DNA of 64,000 bases from the human T2T-CHM13v2.0 reference genome, Homo sapiens: NCBI RefSeq assembly GCF_009914755.1, contig NC_060935.1; one strand, written 5' to 3'. A model generated the notes under the pieces. The model did no database searches, was not told the DNA's origin, and was given only the letters and a program-made list of their open reading frames with translations. The translations under genes were made by a program, and so were the position numbers. This document shows positions 47,346 to 58,490 of this stretch, piece after piece; position 1 is the first letter of the stretch; every line of letters starts with the position of its first letter.

Positions 47346-48678
47346 AAGAAGCACAGAATGTTTAACCTAGTCTTAAAATGAGACTTTCCCTACCCATTGC
47401 CTCTATTGTTGAACATTTTAAGTTTATCCCAATTTTCCATTTTTATAATTAATGCTGCAGTAAACATTATCATGAATATAGTTCTCTCTTTTGAATTATT
47501 TTAAGATAAATCCTTAAGATATGCTTTACTAGAACAAAGGATATAAATATCTCTATGGATTTTAACGCATATTGTCAAAGAGGAATCCAAAATAAATTAA
47601 TGAGTAATGCCAAAAAATGTTAAGAACTTGCCAGTTACCTTGAAGACATACCTGAATTAAATATTATGCTTGTTTTTTTTTCTTTTGGGTTTAGTAGATA
47701 TAAATGAGATCTTGCTATGATTTGTTATTATGACTAACAATATTAGATTTTAAAATGGCTATTGATTTTCATTTTGTGTGACTGAACTGCTCATGTACTG
47801 CTTATTGATGAGGTTACAAAGTGTATACAATATGTGCATATATATGGAATACACACACATATATACACATATATATGCACATATATACACACACATACAT
47901 ACACAAATATACATACATATACACACACACATATATATCTCACTTATGATTCTTATCTCATTATAAAATTTTTATGTTTAACTTCATATACTCATAGCTT
48001 TCCACTCCATCATAATATTTGAAATTTCTGTTTTTATGTCAGCACCACATTTAAAATGCATTCTAACATGGGAAAGGAATAGCTCTTTTTCCTTACTCTG
48101 TTCTTCTTCTTTTTTAAAGATCATTTATTATTATTGCCTACCAATTTATTCAAAATTAATTTCAGAATTATTTTATGGATTCTATAAAATAATTAGGTGG
48201 GAATTTTTATTGATGTTGATTAATGCAATCCATCCATTAGAGAAACTATTTTACTTCTTTACCAGTATAGAAGAGATTTCTGAAATATTCTTTTCTGTAT
48301 ACCAATATAATTTCATAATTTATCTTATGTAGTCATGCAGACCCCGACCTAATTCATAATATATATCTTTACTTTATTAGAGTCTTTATTGTTACTATTA
48401 ATTTTAAGCTGATTTCTCAGTTTTTGTGACTACAAATAATGCCTTCTTGTTACAAAATTTTAATCTCAGATAATTAATTTTTGAAGTATAGTTTTAAAAG
48501 GAAAGAAAGAAAGAAAACAAAGAAAGGAAGTAAAGGGAGAGAGGGAGGAAGAAAGAAGGGGGAATGGAAGGGAAATTTCAACCAAACTCCACTGTTTTCT
48601 AACATCTATTTGAATCTGTTTATATCTTTGTAAAAGCTATTTATATATTTCTTCTTTAAATAAATTATGATTATTTTT

Positions 48679-48712
<34 letters not shown>

Positions 48713-49509
48713 TACCCTTCTAGGATTTTCCTGAATTTTATTACCTACAAATAACAATACTGTTTTATTTCTTTCAAGTAATAACTTCTTATAACATTTT
48801 GTTTCTTTATTGTATTATTAACTCTCAAAGCAATGTAATCAAAACAGTAACTGAGAAATGAGGGAATGGGAGTATACAGTTCCCTCTCTTTACATTTCCA
48901 CTTTGTTCCTGGGGGAAGACACACTTCTATACCCCCTCATTACACTGGACCTACACTAGTATTTAATCTCATTGTTGATAGCTTGGAAGATTCATTGGTG
49001 CATGCTTGGCCAGTGGAAGAGGGCGCCTTATTAAAAGATGTGTTTCTGTGCATACATGCTCAAATCTAATTTCTCTGCCTAAAACTGAATGGTCTGCTCC
49101 GAAGAACTGACAAAGAATAAGAAAAGAGCAGGTCTCACAAAGGCCTCCTGTTTTTTGCTGAATTCTCCAACACAGCCCTACATTCTAATTTATATCACAG
49201 GCTTGCCTGCGATAATAAAGGAGTATTTTGTTTCCTGCAGCTTCCTAGACCCAAATGCTTAACACATTGATGCTTCCTATGGACCAAGCACCAATGTGTC
49301 TAGAAATGAGCACATGAGAATACAGAGCTGTGTGCGCAACTGCTTCTAGCCCACCTGGTGTCTCTGTGTGAAGTAGAAAATTCTCATGAAGACACTTGAG
49401 TGCTTTTTGTCCAGAATATATTTATCATTTATCTATGATACGTATTTATCATACCATTTCTATGATACGTATTTATTGTTTTTCTATGATAAATACAGTA
49501 TGAATGGTG

Positions 49510-50129
49510 TGTGAAAGGAAATTAAATATTGAGGCCCCCAACTCATTAAGCCGAAGGGAAAAGTCAAACTGGGAACTGGGTCACACAAACCCGCCTCCCC
49601 CTTTTGGTTCCTAAATAAGATGGCTACAAGATGTAAAGCTACTTGCCTCCCCCCATTTGCCCTCAAGGAAATTCCTAGTGAGCTGCAAGATCTTTTAATG
49701 TATTTCTGTTAAAATTTCACCATGGCAATGTAAAATGATAGCTTATATTTATAGGTGGAGTCACCCCCAGCCCACCAGACACATATGCATATCTGATGTT
49801 CCCCTGCCCCATTTTGTCTATATTATCTTATGTAAAATGCAGATTCCCTGCAGTTTTCCTCTGCCTCATTTGTCTATGTCATCTTATGTAAAAAAATGTA
49901 GATTCACTGAGCCAGACAAAGGCATGAATGACTATTTTTCCCTACCTTCCTCTTACATGGAAATTGTGTACTTCTCAATATTCCGCTCTTTCCCCTTTAA
50001 ATTTGGAGCCCTTAAAATCAACTTCAGAGAAAGGCATAGTCCTGTCTCCCGGGCGCACACGCTTATATCTTTGGCAAATAAACCTCCTAAAATGATTGAG
50101 ACTTATCTTGTCATTTTTCTCAATTGACA
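49510..50129 (+). mobile_element. MER4A-type ERV1 solo LTR
   Basis: TGTGAAAGGAAATTAAAT...TTGACA termini, AATAAA near 3' end, perfect TSD GGTG. Confidence 0.9.
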
Positions 50130-50625
50130 GGTGTTTCTTAAAACTGTTCAATGCACAACCTGCAAACTGTATGTGGTGGCCTGGCTCGGAACGGAGATTG
50201 CAATCCATGCTGAAGCTGCAGTGAGTTCACTGAGTCAGGGGAGTGGCAGCTGATCTGAAATCTTAGTGGTAGCTGGAATCTACAGGTAGGGCTCCACAGA
50301 CTCCGACTGTGATCACAAACATCATCAGATTCTTGTGAAAACTGATTGATTTGGATGCCAGAAAAGAGTTGCCTAATATCACAAACAGAGAAATCAGAGT
50401 TCTATTTCCTAGAGTAGGGATGGATATCCTGAGGACTTCAAAATTGCAGAGGTAGCTGCAGTTTTTGTCACAGTGCCATGGGAAAGGACAAAGCTATCTC
50501 CAGAGCCAGGAAGGCTCACCACAAACAGGCTTTTGTAAAATACAAGAACTGGGCATGGAGGTAGTAGGTGCAATTTTGGAAATGCAAAGTATTGGTAGTT
50601 AGGAAATGAATATAAATAGATACAC

Positions 50626-50628
<3 letters not shown>

Positions 50629-50664
<36 letters not shown>
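50629..50664. repeat. (CA)n microsatellite
   Basis: Directly visible. Confidence 0.97.
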
Positions 50665-50668
<4 letters not shown>

Positions 50669-51436
50669 TTTTTCTTTTTCCATTTATTCTACTTATGAGC
50701 TAGAACTGTGGGACCAGTGCCTTTAAAGTGTTGTCTGAAGTAGCAGGATGATGAGAGGTGAATAAAGATTCTTTTGTGTAGTGAGAGTTAAGCAGGACTA
50801 CAGTAATTAAAAAGAAAATTGGGGAGGGGGTTGTTAGTGAGGAATACACGGCAGATGTAACTGTTTCTCATGGAGCCCTTGAGGAGATATTGTTAGGAAA
50901 TGCCAACAACTGTGGGATGGAATGAAAACCACCTTGGGGACTTACATATCCAGGAACATGGTGGACTAGATAGCCAAAACATTCCTTCCAGTGCAAACAT
51001 CTGGAAATACAAGATAAAATGTGATAATCATATTGATAAAAGTATAAATGACCTCATAGAAGGTCAAAGAAATTCTCATCATTCAAAACTAAAAGGGAGC
51101 TGGAAATCAGAATAGAAAGCTGACAATAAAACCTTCACTGCCTCCCATGCATTTAGCAATGTTGGTAACCTAAAAGTGGTTATTTTAATGGCTACTGGGA
51201 GACAGAAGATGAACTTGCCAGAGCAAGGGAGGATCCTTGGAGAGCAATACCCATGATGACAATGGACCAACTAAAAAAACTCACATCAGAGCAAAGGAAA
51301 CCAGAAGTAAATTTTTCTGGTTTGGGCTGGGTTATTAGTAGAAAAAGAAAGTCGCCTTTGAGAATTTGTAACCACAGGTCTATACAAAATGACTCTGAAG
51401 TTTGGATTTTTGTGAACATAATTCATGGTTAAGAGA

Positions 51437-51598
51437 CATGTAGGTGGCTCTCACCAGTAGTCCCAGCTACCCAGGAGGCTAAGGTGGGAGAATCACTTGA
51501 GCCCAGGAGTTTGAGACTGCAATGAGCCATGATCATATCACTACCCTCCAGCCTGGGGAACAGAGTGAGTGAGATCTTGTCTCTAATAAAAGAGAAAG
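51437..51598 (+). mobile_element. Alu right monomer/FRAM within an old L1M; its tail is the provirus integration site
   Basis: GTAGTCCCAGCTACCCAGGAGGCTAAGG...CCAGCCTGGGGAACAGAGTGAG. Confidence 0.8.
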
Positions 51599-52012
51599 TG
51601 TTAAGGAAAAAAGCTGAGCGTTGGGAAGAAAGCTGAGGTGGGGCTTGCGTGACTGACATAATGTCCTCTGGAATGTGTCTAGACTTGCTGGCTCCTTGCT
51701 TCTAGCCCTCCTAGGCGCCTAGATCCATTGTATTTCCGTTATCTCAAGTAGCAGAACATGTTCCATATAAATGCTAAACTGTCACAGCTGTAGATCATGT
51801 GCCTGCCCTTTTGACCTCCACATTCTCACCACCTGTTTCTTTGTTGGATTACAAATAAATAGCGGGGGCTCCCAGGGCTCAGGGCCTTCACGATCGTGAT
51901 GGCCCGCTGGTCCCACTTCTCTGTCTCAAACTGGCTTTTTCTCAATCCTTTGACTCCGCCGGGCTTTGTCACCCCCATGACCTGGTGTTGGGTCTGATCA
52001 CCCCAACGTTCC

Positions 52013-52031
52013 TGGCTGCTCAATGTGGGGT
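52013..52031 (+). promoter_or_regulatory. Degenerate tRNA-Lys primer-binding site
   Basis: TGGCTGCTCAATGTGGGGT vs canonical TGGCGCCCAACGTGGGGC, 4 nt after the 5' LTR. Confidence 0.75.
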
Positions 52032-52157
52032 GACAAAGACCCCGGTGAAGGAACGCTAGAGCGTGTGAAAGCAGAGGACGCATCATCAGAGGACACCTGA
52101 GGATGTCTAAAAGAAGCTCAGCAGGAAAGCTGAGTGCTGGGAAGAACCAGGGTAGCA

Positions 52158-52695
52158 ATGGGACAAAGTGAAAGCAGACATTCTGCTTATTTAAATTTCT
52201 TAAGGCGTTTATTATGAAGAGGGGGGAGTGAAAGTTAGTGCTCAGAATTTATCACTCTTCAGTGCAGTAAAGCAGTTTTGCCCATGGTTCCCGGAACAAG
52301 GGACTATGGAGTTGGATGAATGGGAGAGAATCGGCAGAGATTTTTAAAAAAACATATAAAGGTGGAGCAAATATTCCAGTCTCGGTTTGGTCAATGTGGG
52401 CACTAATAAAAGCAGCTCTTGAGCCATTTCAAACAGATCATGAGGCAGATTCAGATGAGGAAGAGGAGGGCGAGTGTAAAAAACTAACTTCAGATTCTGA
52501 ATGTGAGGAACAGAAACCGGAGGAAATCAAAGAAAGGGAAACCGAAAAAGGTATGTTTTACTAGCCCCTCAGCTCCACCTGCTGAATTAAGTGAATGGCC
52601 ACCTCCTCTCTCTCCCCTTAGTGGGCGAGAAAATGAATTAGCTACAAAACTTACCGCTCCTGTAGTTGCAACATTAAAACCTGGAGCAATTGGTA
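52158..52695 (+). pseudogene. gag: HERV-K gag remnant (matrix and acidic region; capsid/nucleocapsid deleted)
   Basis: MGQSESRHSAYLNFLRRLL*RGGVKVS...FCPWFPEQGTMELDEWERIG, frameshift, ...IPVSVWSMWALIKAALEPFQTD. Confidence 0.88.
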
Positions 52696-52773
52696 GTACT
52701 AAGACCCAGTGGAATCTGAGGCTTGTTTATTTAGAGAGCACCTCAATAAACTGAGGCATATCCGGCACAGCCA

Positions 52774-53183
52774 GTGCCCTTACAAACGGCAACAATTGTC
52801 TCCCACCGCGGCGGGCAGTGCTGCCGTGGACCTTTGCAGCACAGTTCTCATTTCCCTGCTTCCTGGGAGCCACTGGAGAGGGTCCCCACGGGAGTTGGGG
52901 GACCCTTGCCCTCAGGAACCGTCGGTCTATTACTTGAAAGATCTAGAGGTGGCACTGTGCATACGGAAATGATTGGTTCTGATTATACCAGAGAAATTCA
53001 ATTAGTTATTAGTTCCTCAACTCTGTGGTCTGCTTCCCCAGGAAAAAGAACTGCTCAGTTGTTGACATAAAGCTGGGAAGCAGCACAGTGAGAAGAACAG
53101 GAGGCTTTGGTAGTACTAATCCAACAGGAAAGGCTGTATTTTGGGTTAATCAAGTGTCTGACAAAAGACCTATTTGTACAGTA
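52774..53183 (+). pseudogene. pro: HERV-K pro remnant: dUTPase domain, truncated before the protease DTG active site
   Basis: AGSAAVDLCST...VPTGVGGPLPSGTVGLLLERS...SDYTREIQLVISS...RRTGGFGSTNPTGKAVFWVNQVSDKRPICTV, with frameshifts. Confidence 0.88.
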
Positions 53184-53352
53184 GACCTGCTGTTGGATGC
53201 TTACAGACTGACACACAGGCCTGGTTGGCAGTAGTCCCCGGAAAAAATAAATCATGCGCTGCTTTGCGTAGGGCAAGTAAAGTCATCTTGAAGCTTCAGT
53301 TTCATGTTTAACCTGCCTCTGCTGGAGAAAAACAGATTTAATAAGCACACAG

Positions 53353-53850
53353 GCATGATATGGGCTGAATGTGTTCATTGTGGTGTTTGTGGCCTTTATG
53401 ATGGGAATGTTCAACCTCTACTACTACATTGGTGCAAAACAAAGTGAAGCCTTCACAACAGAGTTTTAAGACACTGCTCTAGGCTATATTTGGACTTTCT
53501 GAAGTGAAATCAGTGGTCATCAACTATAACCACAAATTCATTGAAAACATTGGTTATGTTATTTATGGAGCCTATAATGTTACAATGGTCATTGTTTTGC
53601 TAAGTATGTTAACTGCCATGATCAACAATTCATTCCAGGGAATTGAGGATGATGCTGATGTGGAGTGGAAATCTGCAAGGGCCAAACTCTGGTTTCCCTG
53701 CTTTGGGGAGGGGAGAGCACTTCCTGTTCCCTTCAATCTGGTGCCAGGTCTGGGGTCCCTGTTTTGTCTCTTGCTGAAGCATAAAGGGTGGATTTTTCAG
53801 CTCTACCCAGGGTCATAAAAAAGGTTTCCAAGAAAGATGCAGAGATAAGT
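53353..53850 (+). pseudogene. TRPC6: Processed, retrovirally transduced TRPC6 fragment (start of S2 fused to S5-pore-S6-TRP box)
   Basis: GMIWAEC; [29 protein letters not shown]; [76 protein letters not shown]...GHKKGFQ; no introns, stop at 53480-53482, frameshifts. Symbol given is the parent gene. Confidence 0.93.
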
Positions 53851-53985
53851 CAGTAAGTAGAGATAAGTAAGTGGAGACAAGAAAGTAGAGACAAATAGAG
53901 ACAGAGACAAATAGAGACAGATAGAGATAAGTAGAGAGAGAGAGAGATAAGTAAGAGAGATAGAGATAAGTAGAGAGATAGATGA
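53841..53985. repeat. Purine-rich degenerate repeat (AGAGATAAGT/AGAGAC)
   Basis: Directly visible at the 3' junction of the TRPC6 insert. Confidence 0.9.
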
Positions 53986-54199
53986 AGACTAGCAATATAA
54001 GATCAGTGCCCTAGTAGAGGTTACTGATCAGTGCCCTAAAGAGGTACAAAAGTAGAGACTAGCAAAGACTAGCAGAGATTTGCAGGGACAGACAAGAACA
54101 TTCTGAATTATGAAATTAGCTATGGCTCAAAGGGCAAATATAAAGGGAATAGAGGGGAGGGAGGCAAGGATAAAAATGCTCTTTCTTTTCTCTCCAACA

Positions 54200-54477
54200 G
54201 GACCTTTTGGTCCTTTAAATAATCAAAGGGCAGATGCACTGGTGTCTGCAGTCTTTGCTGATGCACAAGCATTCCATTCTTTAACTCATCTTAATGCTGC
54301 AGGCCTTAGAAAAAGATATGGTCACATACAAAAAGCTGGCAAAAAGGAAAGATAATTATATGGGGAAGAGGAGTTGCTTGTGTCTATCCAGGTGACAATC
54401 AGGAGCCTGTGTGGGTGCCCACCAAACATCTGAAGATCTATCATGAGCCACAACATCTAGTGGACCCACCTGTATAA
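54200..54477 (+). pseudogene. pol: HERV-K pol remnant: RNase H/integrase boundary fused to integrase C-terminus
   Basis: [41 protein letters not shown] then [35 protein letters not shown]; integrase core deleted. Confidence 0.85.
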
Positions 54478-55140
54478 TGCGAATTGAAGGTTTGAAAAGC
54501 CTCGATTTGCTTTCTCTGTGCCTTCTGTTAATCAGAAAAGACCTGTTTCCCATTATCAGTTGAAAGTTTTACCTCGCAGTAATTAATCAGAGGCAGAAAC
54601 TGAGTTAACAAATGCTTCAGCAACGGCATGGTCCCGGCTACAGCCACAGAAGTTTTTGCTTCTGTTTCAGTAGATTTACTAACGTGGGGGGTGAGGGTAT
54701 ACTTGTGCTTTTTCGGGAGATGAATGAACCATGTGGATGCCTTAAGATGTGTACGACCATGGAATGGGAGACTGGAGGGACCCATGGATCCCAACCATGC
54801 ACTGAGTTCCCCCAGTATGAGCCACGAGCCAGTTGAATCTGAATGAGAAGATGCAACAAGGGCCGACCAGAGTCATGATGCTTAATGGACCAATGCTTTC
54901 TGACTCAGCTCCTCTCTACCTTGAATACAAGAGACCCTAATGGTTAGGCAGGAGTATCATTGCCCCTATTCAGTATAAAGAAGTTACAGAAGATGGACCT
55001 TCATCATTTTGCAACCCCTAGGATTAAGGATCCTCTTGTAAAAGGGAAAGGGGAGATATGTGGGAAGCATTCAAACCAGAGTGACTCTAGTAATAATGAT
55101 GGCTAGTAATAATGGTAGTAATAATGATACCTTCTTTTAC

Positions 55141-55157
55141 AAAAAAGAGAAGGGGAG
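55141..55157 (+). promoter_or_regulatory. Polypurine tract of the provirus
   Basis: AAAAAAGAGAAGGGGAG followed by CA and the TG start of the 3' LTR. Confidence 0.88.
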
Positions 55158-55581
55158 CATGTTGGGAAAAATGCTGAGGGTTGGGAAGAATGCTGAGATG
55201 GGGCTTGCGTGACTGACATAATGTCCTCTGGAATGTGTCTAGACTTGCTGGCTCCTTGCTTCTAGCCCTCCCAGGCTCCTAGATCCATTGTATTCCCATT
55301 ATCTCAAGTAGCAGAACATGTTCCATATAAATGCTAAACCGTCACAGCTGTAGATCATGCACCTGCCGTTTTGACCTCCACATTCTCACCACCTGTTTCT
55401 TTGTTGGATTACAAATAAATAGCGTGGGCTCCCAGAGCTCAGGGCCTTCGCAGCCCCCATGATCATGATGGCTCCCTACTCCCACTTCTCTCTCTCAAAC
55501 TAGCTTTTCTCAATCCTATGACTCCACCGGACTTTGTCACCCCCATGACCTGGTGTTGGGTCTGATCACCCCAACAGAAAG

Positions 55582-58490
55582 AGCGTGATAGATAGACATG
55601 CAGGACAGGATGAGAACAAGGTAGAAGAAATAAATACATGATGGTTGAGAATTTTGCAAAATTGATGGAAGGCACAAATCCTCAGAAACAGGAAAAGAAA
55701 TCATGAGTAAAAAGATACACAATAGTAATGAAACTGCATAATAAAGATAATGAGATTATCTTAAGAGCAGACAGAGCAAAGACAGATTATCTACAGAGGA
55801 ATAGTAATTGACTGCCAACAGGCTCTTACCAGCAAAAACAGAAGCCAGAAAACAGTGGAAAACAATTAAAATGCTGAGCCAAAAGTAAATGTTGTTATGC
55901 CCCAAGGAAAAATGTATTTCAGTAATGAGGGGTGAATAATATTACAGGATCTTTGGGTTTTGAATTTCTTCCCAGAAACTTGTGGCCAGTGGCGCCTTTA
56001 CAGTTCTTGTTCTGCATCCAGGAAGAACGAGATATGCAGGCAAGTGAGGGGTGAAGAACATCAACAGGAGCTTTATTTCTGTTAGAACAGCTCAGAAGAG
56101 ACCCGCAGTGGGTAGCTCCTCTCTGTAGGCAGGTTGTCGGGTCCAGTGGTTCAGTGTTCAGCTCTACAGCGGAGAGGAAGCCCTGGAGAGGGTAACTCCG
56201 CTCTGACCACTGGTCCCCCTGTGGTCGGCTACTCTTAGCAGAGAGAAGGCCCTGGAAAGGGGAGAGAGGAGAGTGGGGGGCGGGCTGTGGAGAGGAGAAA
56301 TAGGAGGCCCTGGAGAGAGAGAATCTTCTCTGCAGGCAGGTAGTTCACACCTCTCTGCAGGTCTCTGAAGCTCTCGCAGAGAGGAGAGGATAGCTCCTCT
56401 CTGCAGCTGGTGGTCTGGTTGTTTCTCTGTCCTCTGCCCTCTGCTCTGGCTGTCCTCTCCCCTGCTCTGGCAGGGCCCAGGGCTTTTATGTACTTCAGCC
56501 GGGAGGAAGTGCCTATAGATTGGTCCATAGGGGCCTGGAAAAGGCACCACAAGTCCCCACTCCAGTCCGTGCAAGACTGGCAGCCCTGGCCTGAAGGTGG
56601 GGCCTTACTGAAGACCCGCCCCCTTCCCCCCAAGAATCTGTCTGCCTGCCACTGCCACTCATGGCCCTGGGGCTCAGCCTTAACCCTGCTTCCAGATTGG
56701 AGCAGGGCAGGGAGTGGAGAGAGGCCAGGCAGGGTGAGCAGGCACACTTGAGCCTGCAGGGGTTGGGTGGGGGGCACCTTCCTGTGCCCCCGAGGGTGCA
56801 AGCTGGAGATGCCTGAGTCCTGCACCTGGGAGGACCCCCGTGAAGCTGCACTGGGGAGCTCCTGCCCCGCCAACTCAGAAGAGGTGGGGCTCCCACTTGC
56901 TCCAGACTCTCGCCTGCTCGCTTTGCGGAGCAGGAGGCCCAGGCCTGCAGCCGGGGGTCGGGCAGCTGCAGCTGCACCCAGGAGGGCAGAGATCCTGCCT
57001 GCTCCCAGCCCCTCCAAGAGCACAGGGAGGCTCAGATAGACAGCTGCAGTTTGGGCAGCTGCAGCTCTGTCCAGGAGGGTGGGGCTTCTGCCTGCTCCAT
57101 GGAACCAGAGGCCAGGGTCTGCAGCCCCTCTTTGGGTGGCTGCAGCGGCCCCTGAGGAGCTCCTACTTTAACTCAGAAGGGGCAGGGCTCCAGCCACATC
57201 TCCCTGCTGCAGCCAGCATGATGACTAGCAGCTGCTGCCATCAGTAAGACAATTTTAGACAAACAAAACCAGAGAATTTACCACCAACAGAGCTTTATAG
57301 AATGAACTTCCAAAGTTTATATTTTAAGCAAAAGGACAACTTTTTCCAAAATAAAGGTCTGAGGTGCAAGAAATAATGGTAAGCAAAGAAAATAGTAAAC
57401 ATGTAGATGAATAGAAAAAGTTCCTTGCTTAAAATAATGGTAACGCTGAATATGAGAATTAGAAAGAGAAAAGACTAAACTTCTGGACTAAATGACAAGT
57501 AACACAGTAGGGGAGGGGAATCTAACTTAAAGCACTGTAGGCTGCTGGTATTTTTGGGGAATGTAGAGATATTGATTAGCTTTAAACATTGTTATATTGA
57601 ATATGGATTCTAAAAATGTATGGAAACCACTAAAATAGTAGAAATGGAGTATATAACTTTCAAATGAATAATGGGAAAAACAAGTGAGTAAAATCAAAGT
57701 AATTCCAAAAGAAAAAAGAAAAACAAAGATGTATAGAAAAGGAATCAATAGAAAGCAAAATATATTGTGTATATCAGTCAGAAATCTTTAGTCATAATAC
57801 ATATGGATGAATGAAACTTACTAATTAAAAGACAAAGTTTGATTACATTTTTTTAAGTCCAACTTGATGCCACTTTTAAGAGATAACCTGAAACATAAGA
57901 ACAGGCAGAGATTAAAATAAAAATCAGGGAAAAACTATACTAGGCAAATGCTAACCAAAACAAAGGTGTTAAAGTTATAATCGATTCCACAGATTGGCTT
58001 TAAAGGACAAGCATTTGATTAGAGATAAAGTTATTACTACATTATGATAAACTTTTCATTTCGCCAAAAAGATACAAATATTCTGTACTTGAATGCACTT
58101 GACAGCATAACCTCAAAATATAGAAAGCAAAAATGGACAGAATTTGAGAAAAATTACAAGTCTATTATCATATCTGAGATTTTAATATACCTCTCTCAGT
58201 AATTAGAAAATTTAACCAACAAAAAATCAGAAAGGAAGAGAAAATTTGAACACTATCATTTACTTGAGGTTGTTTACTAAGTGAAAATCTGTGTACATTA
58301 TTTTTAAGTACATGTGGAACATTATGTAAGTTGACCATTCACCCAGGCAAAAGCAATTATCCAAAAATTTTAAAGAACCTGTATCACACAAAGCACATTC
58401 TCTGACCACAAGGCAATTATATCAAAAGCCAATAATGTTTAAAAAGCTAAAAATCATACAAAACTTCTTATGTTTGCAAATGTAAAAGCA
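55582..58490 (+). mobile_element. Old L1M (ORF1/ORF2-EN remnants), interrupted by MER52
   Basis: A-rich L1-like motifs (GAAGCCAGAAAACAGTGGAA; CACATTCTCTGACCACAAGGCAAT). Confidence 0.7.
55940..57243 (-). mobile_element. MER52-type ERV1 solo LTR
   Basis: Minus-strand start TGATGGCAGCAGCTGC, end GATCCTGTAATA; GC-rich; flanks ATAA/GTAA. Confidence 0.88.

Larger units (their letters stand above)
51599..55576 (+). mobile_element. Internally deleted HERV-K14 (HML-1, LTR14-type) provirus carrying captured TRPC6 sequence
   Basis: 5' LTR 51599-52008 and 3' LTR 55160-55576 (TG...CA, highly similar), TSD GAAAG (51594-51598 / 55577-55581), Lys-type PBS, PPT, gag/dUTPase/pol remnants. Confidence 0.92.

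Noticed and set aside
49420-49496. AT-rich direct/inverted repeats (GTATTTATCATA...TATGATAAATAC) as an RNA hairpin gene
   Set aside because: Low complexity and short stem; more likely slippage products
53504-53818. 104-aa ORF as a functional TRPC6 mini-protein
   Set aside because: Starts at GTG downstream of an in-frame TAG in the pore helix, TRP box altered (EWKS), ends by frameshift; pseudogenic
56164-57247. Long overlapping ORFs (up to 262 aa)
   Set aside because: Lie within the GC-rich MER52 LTR, which is stop-poor; no recognisable domain
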